Shown: piece by piece, positions 51,588-64,000 of the stretch | Layout: each line of letters starts with the position of its first letter | Numbering within the stretch: position 1 is the first letter of the stretch | Assembly (NCBI RefSeq): GCF_039654945.1 | Contig: NW_027361824.1 | Span: forward strand, 17,422,001-17,486,000 | Origin: Dendrobates tinctorius | Lineage: Eukaryota | Direction of reading: 5' to 3' | Length of the DNA stretch: 64,000 nt | Made by a program: the position numbers and the translations under genes | Notes under the pieces: model-generated | Seen by the model: the letters and a program-made list of their open reading frames with translations, nothing else | Database searches by the model: none | Told to the model about the DNA's origin: nothing

Positions 51588-51975
51588 CTTAAAAAAAAAA
51601 AAAAAAATTTTTATTAATCTAGTGCCAACGTATGCCGGAGATAAAAAGATGTATCGGAATCAAATGTGAGTAGTCACCCAGCTTTCCCACAGTCCTGAAT
51701 TTTGCCATTCAGAAGTTTGGAGAAGTAGTGACAACCCCCTGTAACATATGTAATGGCAGGGATGTTAGTGGTCAGTCAGCTGCCGTGGCTTTCATGGCGG
51801 AGCGGACTGTGGGTCACATCTTGGCCGCTCCGGGGTCCTCTACCTTCAAGATGTCTTTACTTCGAACTCACTTTTTGAAACTTTTAGGGTTCACTACAAC
51901 TTTCTAATACACTTTTAGGTTCCCAACAAGATTGTTGTCAGTGAATGGAAAGTCAAAACCAGAATATGCCAAATA

Positions 51976-53385
51976 CAGTGGGGAAATAAGTATTTGATCA
52001 CCGACCAACCAGCAAGAATTCTGTCTCTCGCAGACCTGTTAGTTTTTCTGTAAGAAGCCTCCTACTCATTACCTGTATTAACTGCACCTGTTTGACCTCG
52101 TTACCTGTATAAAAGACACCTGTCCACACACTCAATCACACTCCAACCTCTCCACCATGGCCAAGACCAAAGAGCTGTGTAAGGACACCAGGGACAAAAT
52201 TGTAGACCTGCACAAGGCTTGGATGGGTTACAGAGCAAGCAGCTTGGTGCAATGGCAATAGATGTTGGCACAATTATTTGAAAATGGAAAAAACACAAGA
52301 TGACGGTCAATCTTCCTCGGTCTGGGGCTCCATGCGGGGTCTCACCTTGTGGGGTAGGAATGATTCTGAGAAAGGCCAGGAATCAGCCCAGAACTACATT
52401 GGAGTGCCTGGTCAATGACCTGCAGAGAGCTGGTACCACAGTCTCAAACATTACCGTTAGTAACACACTATCCTGGCATGGATTAAAATCCTGCAGGGCA
52501 CGCAAGGTCCCCCTGCTCACGCCAGCACATGTCCAGGCCCATTTGAAGTTCACCAATGACTATCTGGATGATCCAGAGGAGGCATGGGAGAAGGTCATGT
52601 GGTCAGATGAGACTAAAATATAACTTTTTGGTATCAACGCCACTTGCCGTGTTTAGAAGAAGAATGATGAGTACCACCCCAAGAACACCATCCCAACCGT
52701 GAAACATGCTGGGGGAAACATCATACTTTGGGGGTGCTTTTCTGCAAAGGGGACTGGACAACTGCACAGTAGTGAAGGGAAGATGATTTCAGTCATGTAT
52801 TGCGAGACTTTGGCCAACATCCTCTTTCCCTCAGTAAGAGAATTGAAGATGGGTCGTGGCTGGGTCTTCCAGGATGACAATGACCTGAAAGACACAGCCA
52901 GGGCAACTAAGGAGTGGCTCCGTAAGAAGCATTTCAGGGTCCTGCAGTGGCCTAGCCAGTCTCCAGACCTCAACTCAATAGAAAATCTTTGGAGGGAGCT
53001 GAAACTCAATTTTCCCCAGCGCCAGCTCCAAAACCTGAAAGATCTGGAGAAGTTCAGTATGGAGGAGGGGGCCAAAATCCCTGCTGCAGTGTGAGCAAAC
53101 CTGGTCAAGAACTACAGGAAACGTCCGACCTCTGTAATTACAAACAAAGGTTTCTGGACCAAATATTAAGCTCTGTTTTTCCCATGTGTCAAATACTTAT
53201 TTCATGCAATAAAATGCAAATTAATTATGTAAAAATCCTACAATGTGATTTTCTGTTTTTTATTTTTAGATTCTGTCTCTCACAGGTGAAGTGTGCCTAC
53301 GATAAAAATTACCGACCTCTCCATTATTTGTAGGTGGGAAAACTTTCAAAATTGTCAGCGTATCAAACACTTATCTTCCCCACTG
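51976..53385 (+). mobile_element. Decayed Tc1 element related to 24428-26034
   Basis: TA|CAGTGGGGAAATAAG...TTCCCCACTG; transposase 52157-53169 (MAKTKEL..., WSDETK, FQDDND, DLNSIE) with stops and frameshifts. Confidence 0.9.
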
Positions 53386-53874
53386 TTCATATCACAGCTG
53401 AGGGTTTGCTACAATTGCTATTTATCAGCAGCTTGGCTTCCAGACTGACGCACTTTTCCCTGTTGATACATTTCAGGATAGAAGATGTGAACACTGCAGG
53501 AGAACGTCCCCGATCCCGTAGGAGAACTACGCAGCGTATCGTGAGCCATCACAGCACGGGAAGATGAGCAGAAGCCGATAGATTCTTATTCTCATCATAA
53601 ATGTTATAAAAATATCTGCCCCTGCGTCTGTCACATGACAAGGCAGTAATTCAGAACTTTTTATAACTTTTATGGTGAGAAAAAAATACCAACAAGCTCA
53701 AAATAGATTTTATGTGGCATTGTAGAATCATTATTGTGTAACACAGAAAGAAAATCCCCTCTAACCAGTGTCCCCCAACATCACAGGAAGCCCAAGGACG
53801 ACCCAAACTATCACAAGAGAGCAAAACACATTACATATAGAAAGAAAGCACAAGGAAAGTCACTTTGTAAATAT

Positions 53875-54355
53875 ACTACATTACAGTTACATCCTATATT
53901 ATACTCCAGAGCTGCACTCATTATTCTGCTGGTGCAGTCACTGTGTACATACATTACATTACTGATCCTGAGTTACATCCTGTATTATACCCCAGAGCTG
54001 CGCTCACTATTCTGCTGGTGCAGTCACTGTGTACATACATTACATTACTGATCCTGAGTTACATCCTGTATTATACCCCAGAGCTGCACTCACTATTCTG
54101 CTGGTGCAGTCACTGTGTACATACATTACATTACTGATCCTGAGTTACATCCTGTATTATACCCCAGAGCTGCACTCACTATTCTGCTGGTGTAGTCATT
54201 GTGTACATACATTACATTACTGATCCTGAGTTACATCCTGTATTATACCCCAGAGCTGCACTCACTATTCTGCTGGTGCAGTCACTGTGTACATACATTA
54301 CATTACTGATCCTGAGTTACATCCTGTATTATACTCCAGAGCTGCACTCACTATT
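53875..54355 (-). repeat. 86-bp satellite (~5.5 units)
   Basis: Same unit as 49787-50935. Confidence 0.93.
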
Positions 54356-54451
54356 ATTCGCTTTAAATCTATTTTTGCAGCCTGCTTGTTGGCAGTTTTC
54401 AAAATAATCATAAATCAGAGTCTATAACCTGAGCGCCACTTACAGACTCAC

Positions 54452-54545
54452 CACTAATATCGCTATATAGGTGAACAGCACGGCCACCACCACCAGGATC
54501 AGCAAGGACCACAAGAACCAGTATCCCAGCCCCTTGTATGAAAAC
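54452..54545 (-). CDS. gdpd4: GDPD4 coding exon 3
   Basis: ccag|G TTT...GTG|gtgagt, 94 nt; FSYKGLGYWFLWSLLILVVVAVLFTYIAILV. Confidence 0.93.
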
Positions 54546-54664
54546 CTGGAGGGGAGAACAGAGAAACATGGCGTTTTTTTGTGCACTATACAATTATATG
54601 CATCATCCCCAATATCTAACATTAATGCCGAAATGTATCCAAATGTCAGACAAGTCAAAAGACC

Positions 54665-55240
54665 GTGTTCTCTACTGTATATAGAGGTGTTATCAGTCAT
54701 TGTACAGCAGGAGGAGGTGAGCTGTGACATCACCTATTGTGAATGGTGGATCCTGTGTTATCTACTGTATATAGAGGTGTTATCAGTCACTGTACAGGAG
54801 GAGGAGGTGAGCTGTGATATCTATTGTGAATGGTGGATCCTGTGTTATCTACTGTATATAGAGGTGTTATCAGTCATTGTACAGGAGGAGGATGAGGTGA
54901 GCTGTAACATCATCTATTGTGAATGGTGGATCCTGTGTTATCTACTGTATATAGAGGTGTTATCAGTCATTGTACAGGAGGAGGAGGTGAGCTGTAACAT
55001 CATCTATTGTGAATGGTGGAATGGTGGATCCTGTGTTATCTACTGTATATAGAGGTGTTTCCAGTCATTGTACAGGAGGAGGAGGAGGTGAGCTGTGACA
55101 TCACCTATTGTGAATGGTGGATCCTTTATCTACTGTATATAGAGGTGTTATCAGTCACTGTACAGGAGGAGGAGGAGGAGGTGAGCTGTGACATCATCTA
55201 TTGTTATCTGCTGTATATAGAGGTGTTATCAGTCATTACA
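54665..55240. repeat. ~90-bp tandem repeat (~6.5 units) with variable (GAG)n
   Basis: TCTACTGTATATAGAGGTGTTATCAGTCA recurs at 54671, 54761, 54848 and 54941. Confidence 0.9.
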
Positions 55241-55363
55241 TCACTGTAAGGTCTCAGTGTCGCTGCGGCTCCATTCTCCTTGTGCTCCCGCTATGCCTTT
55301 GTGCCTATTCTCAGCTCACAGTAGTATTTTCAGGCACATTCAGTATCTGTCGGAGACACTTAC

Positions 55364-55467
55364 CAATCAAAGTCATTGTAGTCGTTCTTTGCTTCCCCCC
55401 AGAAATACAAGAAAACTAAAGCCAGACAAAAAGCCGCAACCAGGAGGAGGAAGAACACCGACTCCCT
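55364..55467 (-). CDS. gdpd4: GDPD4 coding exon 2
   Basis: tgtag|AGG...TG|gtaagt, 104 nt; RESVFFLLLVAAFCLALVFLYFWGEAKNDYNDFDW. Confidence 0.93.
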
Positions 55468-56085
55468 CTACAAACAGAAATACACAACATTACCCCCTAA
55501 GGAAGGGGACCTGAGGACCTCTAAAAGGACAATTATTACACCCAGGACCCTGACAGCCCACCCCTTATATGTGGCGGTATTATTTAGCTGGTATATAGCA
55601 GTATTAATGGGCACTCCATAGTTCTGCCATTTTGGGATTCTGTGGCACTGTTATGTTTTCATTGTGGTGTATATATATTTACAGAATAGCCCTATTATAT
55701 CAGCACTATATGGGGGCATTGTGGGGGCACATAATGACACTCCTAATTATATACTAGTACTAGTTTGGCACTGTATAGTATAGGTACCGTATGGCACTCT
55801 TCAACAGGCACTATGAAAATGATGGTACTGTTGCTAAACACTTTGCGGAGATATTATTTGTGCACTATATGGCACTATTATTGGGGCCATATTATTCACT
55901 TTGGCCTTTGTGCCAAAAATTAGCAGAGTGCCGCATTATTTTTGCATGAGGACCTCCGCAGGCAGTACACAGTGATCTGGCAGTCGCTTGTATGAATGCA
56001 GCTCTGGATGTGACTAGAGCAGAAGTCAACATTTGAAGGGTGACACGCCCCAATGGCAGGCGGCGGTGTCCTGGACATGTCTTAC

Positions 56086-56268
56086 CCCTTTGCAGCAGCA
56101 CTGTCCCGGCTCCGTCTTCTGGCGCTGGTACCGCTTCCATCGGCAGCTGTAGAGACCGGCGAGGAGCGAGATGAACGGCTGGTGCTCGTAATGCTGCAGG
56201 AGGCGTCTGCGCACAATCTTCAGCTTCCCCAGCCTCAGCCTCCGGAGCGTGGTGGAGGAGCCCCCCAT
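56086..56268 (-). CDS. gdpd4: GDPD4 first coding exon (glycerophosphodiester phosphodiesterase domain-containing 4, GDE6)
   Basis: MGGSS...LQHYEHQPFISLLAGLYSCRWKRYQR...KG|gtaag; acceptor at 56296. Exon sizes fit the GDPD2/4/5 family; GDPD4 assigned from adjacency to myo7a. Confidence 0.9.
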
Positions 56269-57240
56269 TGGCGATCCCTCACATCATCCTCACGTCTGCA
56301 ACAGATGAACGGAACGGAAGATAGGGTTTCTAAGAGAGCAGGAATATATTGGGGGACTTATGCACAATTGTGGGGGGGCCTAACCTCAACAATCTGGGGT
56401 ACAGCAGGGCCTGTAGTGGATAAGTGGTGGTCCTACGCAGTACCTGACAGTGCATACGGAGACGGCTGTCAGTCACTAAGTAGCTCCGCCCACCGGACTC
56501 ATAGCAGGGATTTAAATGAACAAAACATAGGATATTCTGTAGATGATCCCTTACATCCGTCTTCTCAGCTCCTCCTAGGCTATAATGATCTGCTCTTATA
56601 TGTTCCCTGTAAAGTTACAGGATATCTTTATTTAAAGGGACATTATCAGATGAACCCTGGTAATGGTGGAATTCCTGCTGGAAATCTCTTATTTAAAGCA
56701 ATTCACAAAAGTTGGTAACTAGGACTAACCGTAATAATACTAACCGTGGAATTCTCCATGGGATAAAGTGCGGCTGCAACTAACTAGCAAAAACTAATCT
56801 TAAATCATAGAAAGGGGAAACGCTATAGTGCCCCCTATTGGCGGTAACTATCCTAGAACTCAATGTCTTACCCTTTAACACTGGGAATACTTGTTCCCTC
56901 TAGAGCTGCATCCAAGGCATCTGATCCAGAAAACCAATCCCCTGCCGGGGTGAGAGCTCCGAAATAATTGTCTGGAGATTGTTTTCTGCTTGGCTAATAT
57001 CTATGATCACATTGGAAGATTTGTTAAAGGGATCAAGCCTATAGCTTCCTCCAGTTGGTGGCACTAAAGATCTGCCCTTCCACTTTAGACTTTTAGTGAT
57101 GCACAGACTTGCTGCACCCCCGTTCCCCACAATGAGATAAAGCATAAGTGCACATATCAGCATAATAATTCCAGGAACTGTCCCAATTCTCATGCTCTGT
57201 AACTTTAACACTACTATGCTTCCAATAGAGAGATAAAAGA

Positions 57241-57342
57241 CCCCCACCCACTTCATTCAGTGATACAGTCCCCCACCCACTTCATGCAGTGATACAGTCC
57301 CCCACCCACTTCATGCAGTGATACAGTCCCCCACCCACTTCC
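57241..57342. repeat. 29-bp tandem repeat (~3.5 units)
   Basis: CCCCCACCCACTTCATGCAGTGATACAGT. Confidence 0.8.
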
Positions 57343-57369
57343 TGTAGAGAGATAAAGACACACCTCCAC

Positions 57370-59353
57370 TACAAGGACAGAACAATGGTAAGGACACCAT
57401 TGTAGGCATCTACTACAGGCCGCCTGTGCAAGCTGAAGATATGGATGAACTCTTTATGCATCAAATGGCCAAGTTCTCCAAAAAATATGACATAGTTGAT
57501 CATGGGAGATTTCAACTATCCAGACATTTGTTGGGAATCTCTCTCAGGCAAAACTAACAGGTCAAGGAAATTCTTATCCTCTCTTGCTGACAACTTTATC
57601 TTCCAAAAGGTAAGGGAGAAAACAAGGGGAACTGCTACCTTGGATCTAATCCTTATAAACAGGGAGGAAATGGTTGAGGAGGTAAAAGTGGCTGGGACCC
57701 TAGGAGGTAGCGACCATGCTATTTTAGAATTTTGGATAACTAGAGGAGGAAGACCTGTGAAGACTCAGACGTCAAGGTTAGATTTCAGAAAGGCAGATTT
57801 TAAGGGATTCAGAAAGATAATTGGAGGGATCCAATGGCTGGATATCCTTAAAGACAAAAATGTCCAGGAAGGATGGGAAATCTTGAAAAATTAGATTCTC
57901 AAAGCACAATCGTTAACAATTCCAAAAAGAGGGAAGAATAGGAAGCATATAAGGAAACCAGGATATATGAACACAGAACTTAAGCATATGCTAAAAAGGA
58001 AGAAAGAAATGTTTATCAACTGGAAAGAGGGAGACATATCTAAAGAAGAATATAATGCTGTCTGCAGAACCTGCAGGGCATGAATCAGATTATCTAAAGC
58101 TGACAATGCATTGAGGCCTGCAAGAGACGTCAAAAGCAATAATAAAGGATTTTGGGGATATGTCAAAAGTAAAAGATTTTTGCAGGATGAAAATAATGAA
58201 ATGGTAAGAAAGGATGTTGAGAAGGCTGAACTTTTAAATTCTATTTTGCATTTGTTACCGCTCAGAAAGGAAATATAACATCAACTGATCTTCACTGTCC
58301 TATTAAGGGAATAGAAGAATCCAGGATATCTATAAACAGAAAGCTAGTGAGGAAACACTTAGCTAACCTAAATTAATTCAAGTCTCCATGTCCAGATGAA
58401 TTACACCCCAGAGTACTGGAGGAGATAGTAGAAGAAATTTTTGAACCTCTCCATAATCATTGAAAATTCTTGGAGAACAGGAAAAGTCCCAGAAGACTGG
58501 AGAAGAGCAAATGTTATTCCTGTCTTCAAAAAGGGGAAGAAGGTGGACCCAGGCAACTATAGGCCGGTGAGTCTAACTTCTATACCAGGAAAGATCTTTG
58601 AACAAATTATTTAACAACATGTATGTAAGTACCTGGATAAGAATGAAGTGATTAACCAGAGTCAGCATGGGTTTGTAACTAATAAGTCATGTCAGACTAA
58701 CTTAATTTCCTTCTATGACAGAATCACTGACTGGGTGGATCAGGGAAATGCTGTAGATATGGTATATCTTGACTTCAGCAAAGCATTTGACAAAGTATCT
58801 CACAGCATCCTTATTGAAAAATGGCTAAGTATGGAATGGACAAGGAAACTGTTAGGTAGATTCATAACTTGCTTAGTGATTGGACCCAAAGAGTGGTCGT
58901 AAATGGCAGCACATCCAGTTGGAAGCATGTCTCAAGTGGGGTACCACAGGGTTCTATCCTGGGACCTGTATTGTTCAACATCTTTATCAATGATTTAGAT
59001 GAAGGAATTGAGGGTAAACTAATTAAATTTGCTAATGACACAAAGCTAGGAGGGATAGCTAATACTAGAGAAGAGAGAGAGAGGATTCAAAAAGATATAA
59101 ATAAACTGGAGAAGTGGGCAGCAACTAACAGAATGGTTTTTAACAGGGAAAAATGCAAAGTACTACATCTGGGCAATAAAAATGAAAAAAGCATATACAG
59201 AATGGGAGGAATAGGGCTAAGCAATAGCACATGTGAAAAAGACTTGGGTATACTAATAGATCACAGACTGAACATGAGTCAACAGTGTGATGCAGCATCA
59301 AAACAAGACAAGATGACCAAGGAGGTCCCTTCCAACTCTACCATTCTATGATT
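57370..59353 (+). mobile_element. Decayed CR1 LINE (ORF2 EN-RT, internal 3' deletion)
   Basis: YYRPP, MGDFNYP, GGSDH, QHGF, SGVPQGSILGP, FAND; ends GGTCCCTTCCAAC...ATTCTATGATT. Confidence 0.92.
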
Positions 59354-59481
59354 CCTGTAGAGAGGTAAAGAGGCTTTTTGCCATCTGATGCAACAGGTGG
59401 ATTACACTTGACAATAGACAGTAAATAGAAAGTTTGAAAGAAGGAAAAGAACTGGCGGCGGTTTTTAGAGTAAATATTTTT

Positions 59482-60558
59482 TAATTATTATTATTATTTT
59501 ATATAGCGCCATTAATTCCATGGTGCTGTACATGAGAAGGGGGGTTACATACAAAGTTATAGATATCGATAACAGTAAACAAATTTACAATGACAGACTG
59601 GTGCAGAGGGGAGAGGACCCTGTCCTTGCGGACTTACATTCTGCGGAATAATGGGGAAGAGACAGAAGGTCGGGGGTGCAGCAGCTCGGGCGGTGGTGAG
59701 GTGGCAGAATAGTTATTGCAGGATGTAAGCTTTCTTGAACAGATGGGTTTTCAGGTTCCGTTTGAAGGTTCCGAGCGTGGTGGATAATCGGACGTGATGA
59801 GGCATGGAATTCCAGAGGATAGGGGATATTCGGGAGAAATCTTGGAGGCGGTTGTGTGAGGAATGAATAAGTGTGGAGGAGAGTAGGAGGTCTTGGGAGG
59901 ATCGAAGATTACGTGAGGGAAGATATTGGGAGATTAGTTCAGAGATATAGGGAGGGGGCAGGTTGTGGATGGCTTTGTAGGTCAGTGTTAGTAGTTTGAA
60001 TTGGATTGGTTGGGGAATTGGGAGCCAGTGTAGGGATTTGCAGAGGGGGAGACAGGGGAGTAGCGTGGAGAGAGGTGGATTAGTGGGGCTGCAGAGTTGA
60101 GGTCAGACTGGAGTGGTGCAAGAGGGTTAGCAGGGAGGCCACAGAGGAGAGTGTTGCAGTAATCAAGGCGGGAGATGATTAGGACATGTTCAAGAGTTTT
60201 AGTAGATTGAGGGCTGAGGAAGGGACGGATTCTGGAAATATTTTTGAGTTGGAGGCGACAGGAGGTAGCAAGAGTTTGGACATGTGGTTTGAAGGACAGG
60301 GCAGAGTCGAGAGTTACTCCGAGGCAGCGGATTTCAGGTGCGGGAGAGAGCATGATGCCATTTACCATATAGATAGATCGGGTAGGGAAGATACGTGAGA
60401 TGGAGGAAAGATAATGAGTTCAGTTTTTTCTACATTGAGTTTTAGGAAGCAAGAGGTGAAAAAGGAGGATATGGCTGATAGACACTCCGGGATTCTGGAC
60501 AGCAGAGAGGTGACATCTGGGCCAGAGAGGTAGGTCTGAGTGTCTTCCGCATACAGGT
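59482..60558 (-). mobile_element. L2 LINE 3' part (host element, split by an insertion)
   Basis: LYAEDTQ...LKLNVEKTEL...ISRLDYCN with an (AAT)n tail; continues at 63353-64000. Confidence 0.88.
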
Positions 60559-63352
60559 TCTGATTCCTGATTCTGCACTGAAGCATTACAATGAAACACT
60601 TCAAACTGCCCTGGATGATTTTGCACCTCCTATACATAGAACAACACGACAAAGACAGCGACAACCCTGGCACACCCTGCAAACACGTTTCCTGCAGCGG
60701 TGCTCCAGGTGCGCCGAACGTCTATGGAGAAAATCCAATCTACACGAAGATTTCATCCATTATAAGTTTATGCTTAGAACATACAACACTGCCCTTCACC
60801 TCTCCAAACAAACCGATTTCAACACCCTCATCACCTCACTGTCCAATAACCCGAAACGTCTCTTTGACACTTTTCATTCCCTGCTCAACCCAAGAGTGCA
60901 GGCCCCAACCACGGAGCTCCGAGCTGACGATCTGGCGAATTACTTCAAAGAAAAAATTGATGATATCCGACAGGAAATTATCTCCCAATCACCTCATACC
61001 ATGCACGGTCCTCCCTCCCCCACTGCATCTAGCTCACTCTCTGAGTTTGAACCAGTCACAGAAGAAGAAGTAAGCAGGCTCCTTGCATCTTCTCGCCCAA
61101 CCACTTGCACCAGTGACCCATTTCCGTCACATTTCCTCCAGCCCCTTTCCCCTGCTGTAACCCCTCACCTAACTAACCTCTCTCTCTCTTCTGGTATCTT
61201 TCCCTCCTCATTTAAGCATGCCATCATACATCTTTTACTTAAAAAACCATCCCTCGACCAAAACTGTGCCGCTAACGATAGACCTGTCTCTAATCTTCCC
61301 TTCATCTCTAAACTCCTGGAACGCCTGGTCCACTCCCGTCTGATCCGCTATCTCTCTGATAACTCTCTTCTCAACCCTCTATAATCCGGTTTCCGCTCTT
61401 TACACTCTACTGAAACTGCCCTCACTAATGTCTCTAATGATCTTCTAACAGCTAAATCTAACGGTCACTACTCCATGCTAATTCTCTTGGATCTCTCTGC
61501 AGCATTCGACACTGTGGATCATCAGCTCCTCCTCACTATGCTCCGCTCCATTGGCATCAAGGACACCGTTCTCTCCTGGTTCTCCTCCTATCTCTCTGAC
61601 CGCTCCTTTACTGTATCTTTTGCCGGTTCCTCCTCCTCTCATCTTCCCCTTACTGTTGGGGTTCCTCAAGGATCGGTTCTAGGCCCCCTCCTCTTCTCCT
61701 TGTACACTGCCCTTATTGGTCAAACAATCAGTAGATTTGGTTTCCAGTACCATCTCTATGCTGATGACACCCAATTATACGCTTCTTCTCCTGACATCAC
61801 GCCAGCCTTTCTAGAAAACACCGGCAATTGTCTAAGCGCTGTGTCTAAAGGGCCTGTCACACTAAGCGATATCGCTAGCAATATCGCTATAACTTGTGAC
61901 GTTATAGCGATATTGCTAGCGACATCACTGTGTCTGATACTTACCTCCGACCGCTCCCCCGCTGGTTATCGCTGATTGCGCGAGAATGTCCAGGACTGTT
62001 TCTCATCGTCAGCTTCCTGCTGCGCTTCCTGTGGAGAAACGAGCGTGGATGCGGGCGGGAGGACGTCAGGATCGCCTGGTGTGACAGGTAAGTAGCGACC
62101 CCCGTCCCCAGCGATGTCGCTAGTGAGATCTGCCTGTGTGGCAGCTCACTAGCGACCACTTATCGATGCACCAGCGATCCTGACCGCGTTATATCGCTGG
62201 TCGGGATCGCTGGTGCATCGCTAAGTGTGACAGTACCTTTACATCATGTCCTCACTATATCTGAAACTGAACCTGTCAAAGACTGAACTCCTTGTGTTTC
62301 CTCCCTCTACTAATGTACCTATACCCGACATTGCCATTTCCGTGTGTGGTTCCACTATTACTCCCAGCAACATGCCCGCTGTCTTGGGGTCATACTTGAC
62401 TCCGAGCTTTCCTTTGTCCCCCACATTCGATCACTGGCTCGCTCTTGTTATCTGCACCTCAAAAACATTTCTAGAATTCGACCTTTTCTTACCTTTGACT
62501 CTGCAAAAACTCTTACTGCTTCTCTTATTCATTCTCGTCTGGACTATTGTAACTCTCTTCTAATCGGTCTCCCTCTTACCAAACTCTCCCCTCTCCAATC
62601 TGTCTTGAATGCTGCAGCCAGGATCATATTCCTCACCAATCGTTACACCAATGCCTCTACCTTGTGCCAGTCCTTACACTGGCTACCCATCCACTCCAGA
62701 ATCCAGTACAAACTTATTACCCTCACCCACAAAGCACTCCATGGCTCAGCACCACCCTACATCTCCTCCATTGTTTCAGTCTACCACCCTACCCGCGCCC
62801 TCCGTTCTGCTGATGACCTGAAGTTAGCATCCTCGATAATCAGAATCTCCCACTCCCGTCTCCAAGACTATACACGTGCTGCGCCAATTCTTTGGACTGC
62901 ACTTCCCAGGTCAATACGAGTAGTCCCCAATCCCTACAATTTTAAGCGTGCCCTGAAAACGCATTTATTCAGACTGGCCTACCGCCTCAACACATTAACC
63001 TAATCTATCCCTGTGTGGCACAGCCAAAAGTTTTACCATAACCAGGTTCCCCACATCATGTTCCCACATGCTTTATGCATCCATTAGCCCTCTGTGTCTG
63101 TACTGTTACACACTTAACATTATGGCTGGTCCATACAATCAGGGCAACTGTTACCACCCACCTTTCGTGTCTCCCTCTTTCCTCATAGACTGTAAGCTTG
63201 CGAGCAGGGCCCTCACTCCTCTTGGTATTTGTTATAATCTATGTGATTATTGTTATGCTGTAATGTCTATTGTCTGTACAAATCTCCTCTAAAATGTAAA
63301 GTGCTGCGGAATATGTCGGCGCTATAGAAATAAAATGTATTATTATTATTAT
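60559..63352 (+). mobile_element. 5'-truncated L2 LINE nested in the minus-strand L2
   Basis: RT motifs [22 protein letters not shown] and YADD; (TAT)n tail; TACAGGT TSD. Confidence 0.9.
61849..62238. mobile_element. PIF/Harbinger-type MITE in the L2
   Basis: TIRs AGGGCCTGTCACACT / AGTGTGACAGTACCT; TAA/TTA target site; removing it restores ...AVSNIMSS. Confidence 0.85.
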
Positions 63353-64000
63353 TACAGGTGGTACTGGAAGCCATGGGACTTTATGGGTTGTCCTAGGCCA
63401 AGGGTATAGATGGAAAAAAGTAGGGGCCCCAGGACAGAGCCTTGGGGGACTCCCAACAGAGAGGGGGCGGGATGAGGAGGTAGTGTGGGAGTGGGAAACG
63501 CTAAATGTGTGGTCAGAAAGGTATGAGGAAATCCAGGACAGGGTGAGGTCTATGATGCCAAGGGAAGAAAGAATCTGTAGCAGTAGGCAGTGGTCAACTG
63601 TGTCAAAGGCAGAGGACAGGTCGAGAAGGAGGAGGATGGAGAACTGTCTGTTAGCTTTGGCTGTAAGTCATTAGTAATTTTGGTCAGGGCAGTTTCAGTG
63701 GAGTGGTGGGGCGGAAGCCAGATTGGAGGATGTCAAGGAGGGAGTTAGATGAGAGGTGGAAGGAAAGTTGAACATGGACATGCTGCTCAAGGAGTTTGGA
63801 AGCAAACGGGAGCAGTGATATGGGGCGATAGCTGGGCAGAGCAGTTGGGTCAAGGTTTGATTTTTTGAGGATGGGTGTGATGGTGGCATGTTTGAAGGCA
63901 GAGGGAAAAGTACCAGAAGATAGTGATAGGTTGAAGAGGTGGGTTAGGGCTGGAATGAGCGTGTCAGTGAGGTCGGGGAGCAGGTGGGAAGGGATGGGGT
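63353..64000 (-). mobile_element. L2 LINE, upstream RT part of the host element
   Basis: Minus strand reads [22 protein letters not shown] and SHGFQYHLY. Confidence 0.88.

Noticed and set aside
54471-55249. ORFs with CEWWILCYLLYIEVLSV repeats
   Set aside because: Translation of the ~90-bp tandem repeat
12617-56268. Calling the minus-strand gene GDPD5 (GDE2)
   Set aside because: Exon sizes are shared among the paralogs, but tail-to-tail adjacency to MYO7A, the E-x-D motif and the divergent C-tail fit GDPD4 better
56053-56718. 221-aa plus-strand ORF
   Set aside because: Antisense shadow of the GC-rich gdpd4 first coding exon, with no recognisable domain

Overview
This is vertebrate genomic DNA, most likely from a frog (inferred from the repeat families), not a prokaryotic window. 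It holds two convergent genes. On the + strand are the last four coding exons of myo7a (C-terminal FERM domain, stop at 9216). On the - strand is an essentially complete gdpd4 (GDE6), with 15 GT-AG, phase-consistent coding exons between 56268 and ~12617 encoding ~602 aa. This is the same tail-to-tail MYO7A-GDPD4 arrangement as in human. The introns are filled with minisatellites (35, 40, 43, 48, 63, 70, 86 and 90 bp units) and transposons: an intact DD34E Tc1 element, three decayed Tc1 derivatives, two non-autonomous Helitrons, L2 and CR1 LINEs, Penelope-like remnants, a V-SINE, a solo LTR and MITEs. I see no new multi-gene system. The strongest non-obvious signals are: (1) Helitrons acting as carriers of satellite arrays; (2) a ~45-copy array of CTCF-consensus motifs whose unit matches MITE arms elsewhere in the window; (3) a near-intact single-ORF L2 with a hydrophobic leader and a 2A-like (GDISPNPGP) motif; (4) a palindrome centred on a hammerhead-ribozyme core; (5) a cluster of six RFX X-boxes in a gdpd4 intron; (6) kilobase-long inverted satellites bracketing a 531-nt, frame-preserving exon cassette (circRNA candidate). 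All coordinates were read by eye. Family assignments come from recalled motifs, not database searches.
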